DNA of 64,000 nt from positions 8,980,722 to 9,044,721 of the forward strand of contig OZ037766.1 in assembly GCA_964035545.1 (NCBI GenBank). Reading direction: 5' to 3'. Each line of letters starts with the position of its first letter. Position 1 is the stretch's first letter. The notes under the pieces are model-generated. The model was not told where the DNA came from. It did no database searches and saw only the letters and a program-made list of their open reading frames with translations. The position numbers and the translations under genes are program-made. Positions 59,249 to 64,000 of the stretch are shown here, piece by piece. The DNA comes from Bugula neritina (taxonomy: Eukaryota; Animalia; Bryozoa).

Positions 59249-60984
59249 TCAGTTTCAAAACAGACCTACTTTTTATTATTTAAAAGTAAGGGTCACGAGT
59301 TGGAATATAAGTTTAAATGGTGGCCAAACTTTAGATTTTTTCAATAAAATCATCATTATTGTACATATAGGTTCTAACACTAATTGAATGGTATTTTTAA
59401 AACAGTTTATTGTCTTCTTCCTACATCAGATTGGAGGTTAAATTAAAACAAGCCACCTACCACAAAATCAGCAGTCAGTTTTACTAGTCATTTTTATTGA
59501 ACTTATCACTTCGAAAAACTATTCTCACCCATTATATGCTCATCTATATCCACTTTGTCCTGTTCGAAAAACTAATTATTTATAAAATTCTTCTGCTGTA
59601 CACTTGGAAACTCACTTCTATGTTTGAATAGTTCGAAATAATTGTTTACCCCTTTCACTGTACGTAACACCATCATTATTTTTTTTGCATTATTATATAC
59701 CCTCCCCTTTTGTGATAACTTTGTGGCATTTTACATTTTCATGTATATAAAGACATACAATATTCTTCTAGTGATGTAATAAGAGTTTTCAACATTTTTA
59801 AATGGTATACATAGTCTATTGACAACATATTACATGGCCTGTGAAATAGTCTTGAAATATTCTACTAATTTTGCTCCTCAATGTGTGTTTTTGTTATTTA
59901 TAATCACTTCGCTAAATGAAACTGCATGGAATTTCAGCTATAAAAATAAATTTAATTAGATAAATAGTAAAAAAACTAAAATTTTATATTTTTGATAAAT
60001 ACAATGCATGAAGTGCAGCCACATTATTATCAATTACAATTATTCTGATGAAACAAGCTATGTGTAATATGCAGCATAGGCCTATCAAAGAAAACTGCAA
60101 ATTAATTTTCTGCAATTTGAAAAAAATAGAGGTCATCGATGTTATTAATGAAGTTAAATAGAGATGGCATAATTAATTGTAACTTAAATAATAAATTAGC
60201 TTTTGCCAACAAATTACAAATTCCATTGCATTATATGAACTGTACAAAAATTTCAAAGTCAGATTGCTACAAAAGCTGTCTTGTAACACCTCAAGAACGA
60301 CAAATAAAGCGGTGAACACGTGAAACTATTGAAAATCTATTAAAATGATAAATCAATACTCGGAGCTGTAATAATGCTGTCTATTCAGTGAATAATCAGA
60401 GTCAAGTCAGTTCTCCTGTCATGAGCATTGTTGATATTTAATGTTCAACCATCTTCATTCTATGCTGTTTCCAGTACATAATCAGAGCTTTTCGATCTAC
60501 AGCAACCACCAAATACAAGCAAAGTGTTGCTTTTAGAAAAACAATTTCATGGCAAACTGTTGAAAATGTTCATAAAACAATTGGATATAAAACCAACAGG
60601 CTGAATCACTACACCGTTACAGCTAGTATTGTGCTTAGAGTAGTTATACGTAGAATACAATCAGTTTGCTCTAGTTGCAGAGTGTTTCTGATTCAATGTA
60701 TTCTAAGAACTAAAAGTAAGGGCTACATCTGCTAATAAAGATATGTATGGGTAGTCAGTCATTTAGTTGTTTGATTATGAATAATTAGCAATAATCTAAT
60801 TAGCAATAGCTGTAAAAGTATAAACATTATTATTAACCAATGCAATGCTTATCAAATTGAAAAAATTCTGGTTTAAAAAAAATTCTAAATAGATGCCAAG
60901 ACATTATATGAAATCAACTTACAGCAACACTGCTAAACACAACAAGTTTTTATAATATTATTATAAAAATTGTTCATATTTTAC

Positions 60985-63900
60985 CTTTAATACAGTCACA
61001 CCAGATTCAAAACCCTCCAATGGTTGAAACTTAAAACCATAATTTGCTGCAAAAAATAGTAGAGTCAAGTATGATAAACATAGAGCCAGAATACGAAAAC
61101 AAAAAAAATGAATTTAACACAGTCATATATACATACTCACCATCTAACAACTTCCGTTTGAAGAGATGTACAGCAGTTAAAATCTTTCCTTGTGAAACAG
61201 CACAGCGCAGCTTGTTTAAAGTTATATGCGCAGCTAGTAGAATCAGTCTCAGCTAAAAACAAGTAGTGTTAATAGGCAAGTCTCCATTTAAATAGCAACT
61301 AGAATATGATTTCATATAAAAAATACATCAACTCTTATTAGTAGTTAATATAGTTATGAGATAATGGCACATATTCTTGCTATCAAACCACATTTAATTG
61401 ATTTAGCTTCTACTCCACCCGAACATTTTTGTCAATTAATAAAAGACCATAGATAAAAATTAGCAAACTATAAAGGTTAGTTTAAATGGGGAGATTTTGT
61501 AAAAACAAAACTTTCCACTAAATCCACCACAAACTTGAACTGTAATCAAATTAATATAAAAAACACTACATTTTATTTGAACAAATCAGCACGGTAATGA
61601 ATACTTACAAAACCAAATACTATGTAATAAAGGAGGACGGTGGGTAGAATGAAAAGTAGTATAGAGAATAGCAGAGTGCCTATGAAAAGCTGAGTACTGT
61701 CATAGCTTGCGTGGTCCACCCTTTCTCTCAATGTATTCCATTTCAGACCTCTAAATAGTCTCCACAATGATAGAACTGAGCTGTGTACTAGTTTATAAAA
61801 TCTACAAATTGTTGGCAATAACTTCAGTACATATAGTGAATTACTACCGCAAATAACAAATAAAAAGACTAGCATCATGCTTTTCATGGGAAATCATGTG
61901 TTTTACAAATTACTTCATAATCTAATTAAAAAAAAACATTTCATTCTTTTTAAAAAGTTGTCAAAATAGCATTTCAACTATTTCACCTAGCATTGAATTT
62001 TTATCTTTGGCAGCAGTAAAACCATCACATTATGATGGCAAATTTAATAAAATTTTACGCATTTGGTAGCTATATACAGTCTCAATGAAATATAATGACA
62101 ATTGCAAAATATACCAAACTAGTGCAGACTTATACATGTCATATTAATTTACCTGGCAGTATATATATGAAAGCAGTAAATATGCAGAAAATAAACATTC
62201 ATGGTGTCCTGTAGTAAAGCTAACTGCAGGCTGAGACCACCAGGCAGTCCTATAATGCCAATTACCATAAGCACCCTATCAAAGTAGGATCCAGCTATCT
62301 TTAGGTACTCTAAATAAAAAGCATTTTACATAAGCTACATGACATGGTGATTTTTGAATCAGTTTTCTTTTAGAAATAGATCAACATAAAGCTAATTACA
62401 TTAGTATTTATTAGTTATGTTAAAAACTGAAAAGAGCTCACCTGACCACAGCCATATATGGTACATGAAAAATCTACCAAGAAACACCGTGAGTTTTCCA
62501 TTTAGTTTCAGCCCTGCAGGAACATCCATTAGCCACTCGAGTAACCAAATCATCTTTATGACCACCCACTATACAGTAGAAAGCACAAATCTCTTTCATT
62601 GAATGTAGCTGAGCACAATGAACAAACGAAACATTACAATTGCACACGACAATATTACATTACAATTCACGATGCTGTACTCACACCAAAGAACAATTTT
62701 GGGTATAGCTCAGGTAATTAATGTTTATACATTTACCTCCGTATACTGAAACAGTTCTGAAGAGAAAGCAGATCCATACAAAAGAAATAGAGTCAGTAAC
62801 ACAGTGCCTAGCAGTATGTTGATGATACCATTTATCAACCATTGCCAGCATCTACATATGTTATATAACATACACAGTAAATATGAAGGATATCATTCGC
62901 AGCTGAGAGTGAAATGTGTCGGCCAGCTAAGCAAGTCACAGACATACTATATCTACTTTACAGTGGAAAAACTATATATATAGTTTTAATGTAACTTAAA
63001 TTCTCTGTAAAAGTAATAAATCAAAACAATACAATTAATTGCAAGCCCATTTTATAAGCATGGTTATACCAACTTAATAAGGATATAAGGCATTTTTACT
63101 GCACTGAGTTCTTTATAATTAAAATTCTACAAAAACTTTTTCTCACAAGCTGCAAGAGAGTAAAAAAGTAACTTATCTTTAGTAGGCTTAGAACTCTTAT
63201 AGCACCTGCTCACTTAAAAGCATTAAGTAATCTCTTATATATTACACCACCTTACTAACTTGTGAGACGGAAGTACAACAATGAGCTTACCAAAGAGTTA
63301 TTATCCACTATGCAAAGCAGCTCTTGACTTATAATTTACATAGGTACTATAGGCTCTTACACTATAATAATTAATAATAATATTTTTCCATTTAATCTAC
63401 CTGAAATTTGTTCCGCAGAAGCAGTCTCCTGTTTGAATTCTTGTTGCATTGTTCAATTGATCGCTCTTGAGTGATAATTCATTGAATGTGGCTGAGATGT
63501 TAAATAAATATTCAGGAACGGCAAATACTCTACAATCAGAATCCTTAACGATTCAAACCTGTTCACTTGGCAACTGGTTTCTAAAATTGATTAGAATAAC
63601 AAAATGAAAATTAGCTACACAAAAAATAATTCAAGAGCTTACTTGCTGGGTTTTGCACTATCTAGAAATGTGCACAAAGTGCATGGAAATGATAGCCTTT
63701 TAGTTTGTGTAGAAGGACAACTGCACGTACGTATGCATATATCATCGGAGAGCTTATTGAAAGGCAACCCTGTGCTTGATAAACCTTTGGTTGAATGCAA
63801 AATAATATTTAAAGAGCTTTGCAAAGAATATTTGCAGCTAATTATTCTTTTGGTAGTTGAATTGACAAAAATAAAAATAGAATGTGAGGCTTCTTGACAA

Positions 63901-64000
63901 TCATTCTCTAAAACTTTAAAAAAATTTATTTTGCCATTGGTAACATTATAACAGAAAGGATCTTGTGCATAAATAATGCTATCTGCATGAGTAAAGGTCA
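60985..64000 (-). CDS. PIGQ: Phosphatidylinositol N-acetylglucosaminyltransferase subunit Q (Gpi1), partial
   Basis: Approximate exons 63643-64000, 63400-63581, 62737-62851, 62442-62551, 62153-62309, 61609-61801, 61141-61252, 60985-61046. [12 protein letters not shown] and [44 protein letters not shown] are PIG-Q signatures. The start lies outside the window and the terminal exon is unresolved. Confidence 0.9.

Overview
AT-rich, intron-rich animal nuclear DNA (invertebrate-like; not prokaryotic, no CRISPR or rRNA). I reconstructed eight spliced protein-coding genes by hand from GT-AG boundaries and family motifs: vesicular glutamate transporter (VGLUT/SLC17A6-8, minus, 188 to 12368 and possibly 17686), a myosuppressin/DMSR-1-type peptide GPCR (minus, intronless CDS), Ral GTPase (minus), mitochondrial ATP synthase beta (plus), an unusual tetraspanin with a very short, cysteine-free large loop (plus), PPWD1 (minus), UNC-45 (plus) and PIG-Q (minus, runs off the right edge). 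Ral/ATP5B and PPWD1/UNC-45 are head-to-head pairs on short bidirectional promoters. Repeats: a 2.8-kb foldback DNA transposon derivative with ~889-bp inverted arms and an ISL2EU-type transposase remnant in ATP5B intron 1; four copies of a tRNA-headed SINE, one with a 17-bp target-site duplication; a pure (TATGC)163 array; and palindrome-rich ACT/AGT 'islands' found in the first introns next to the housekeeping promoters. The three best candidates for something undescribed are the ACT/AGT islands, the CCG-less tetraspanin and the giant hairpin element. All gene models are manual and need RNA-seq confirmation. Family comparisons are from recalled consensus motifs, not database searches.
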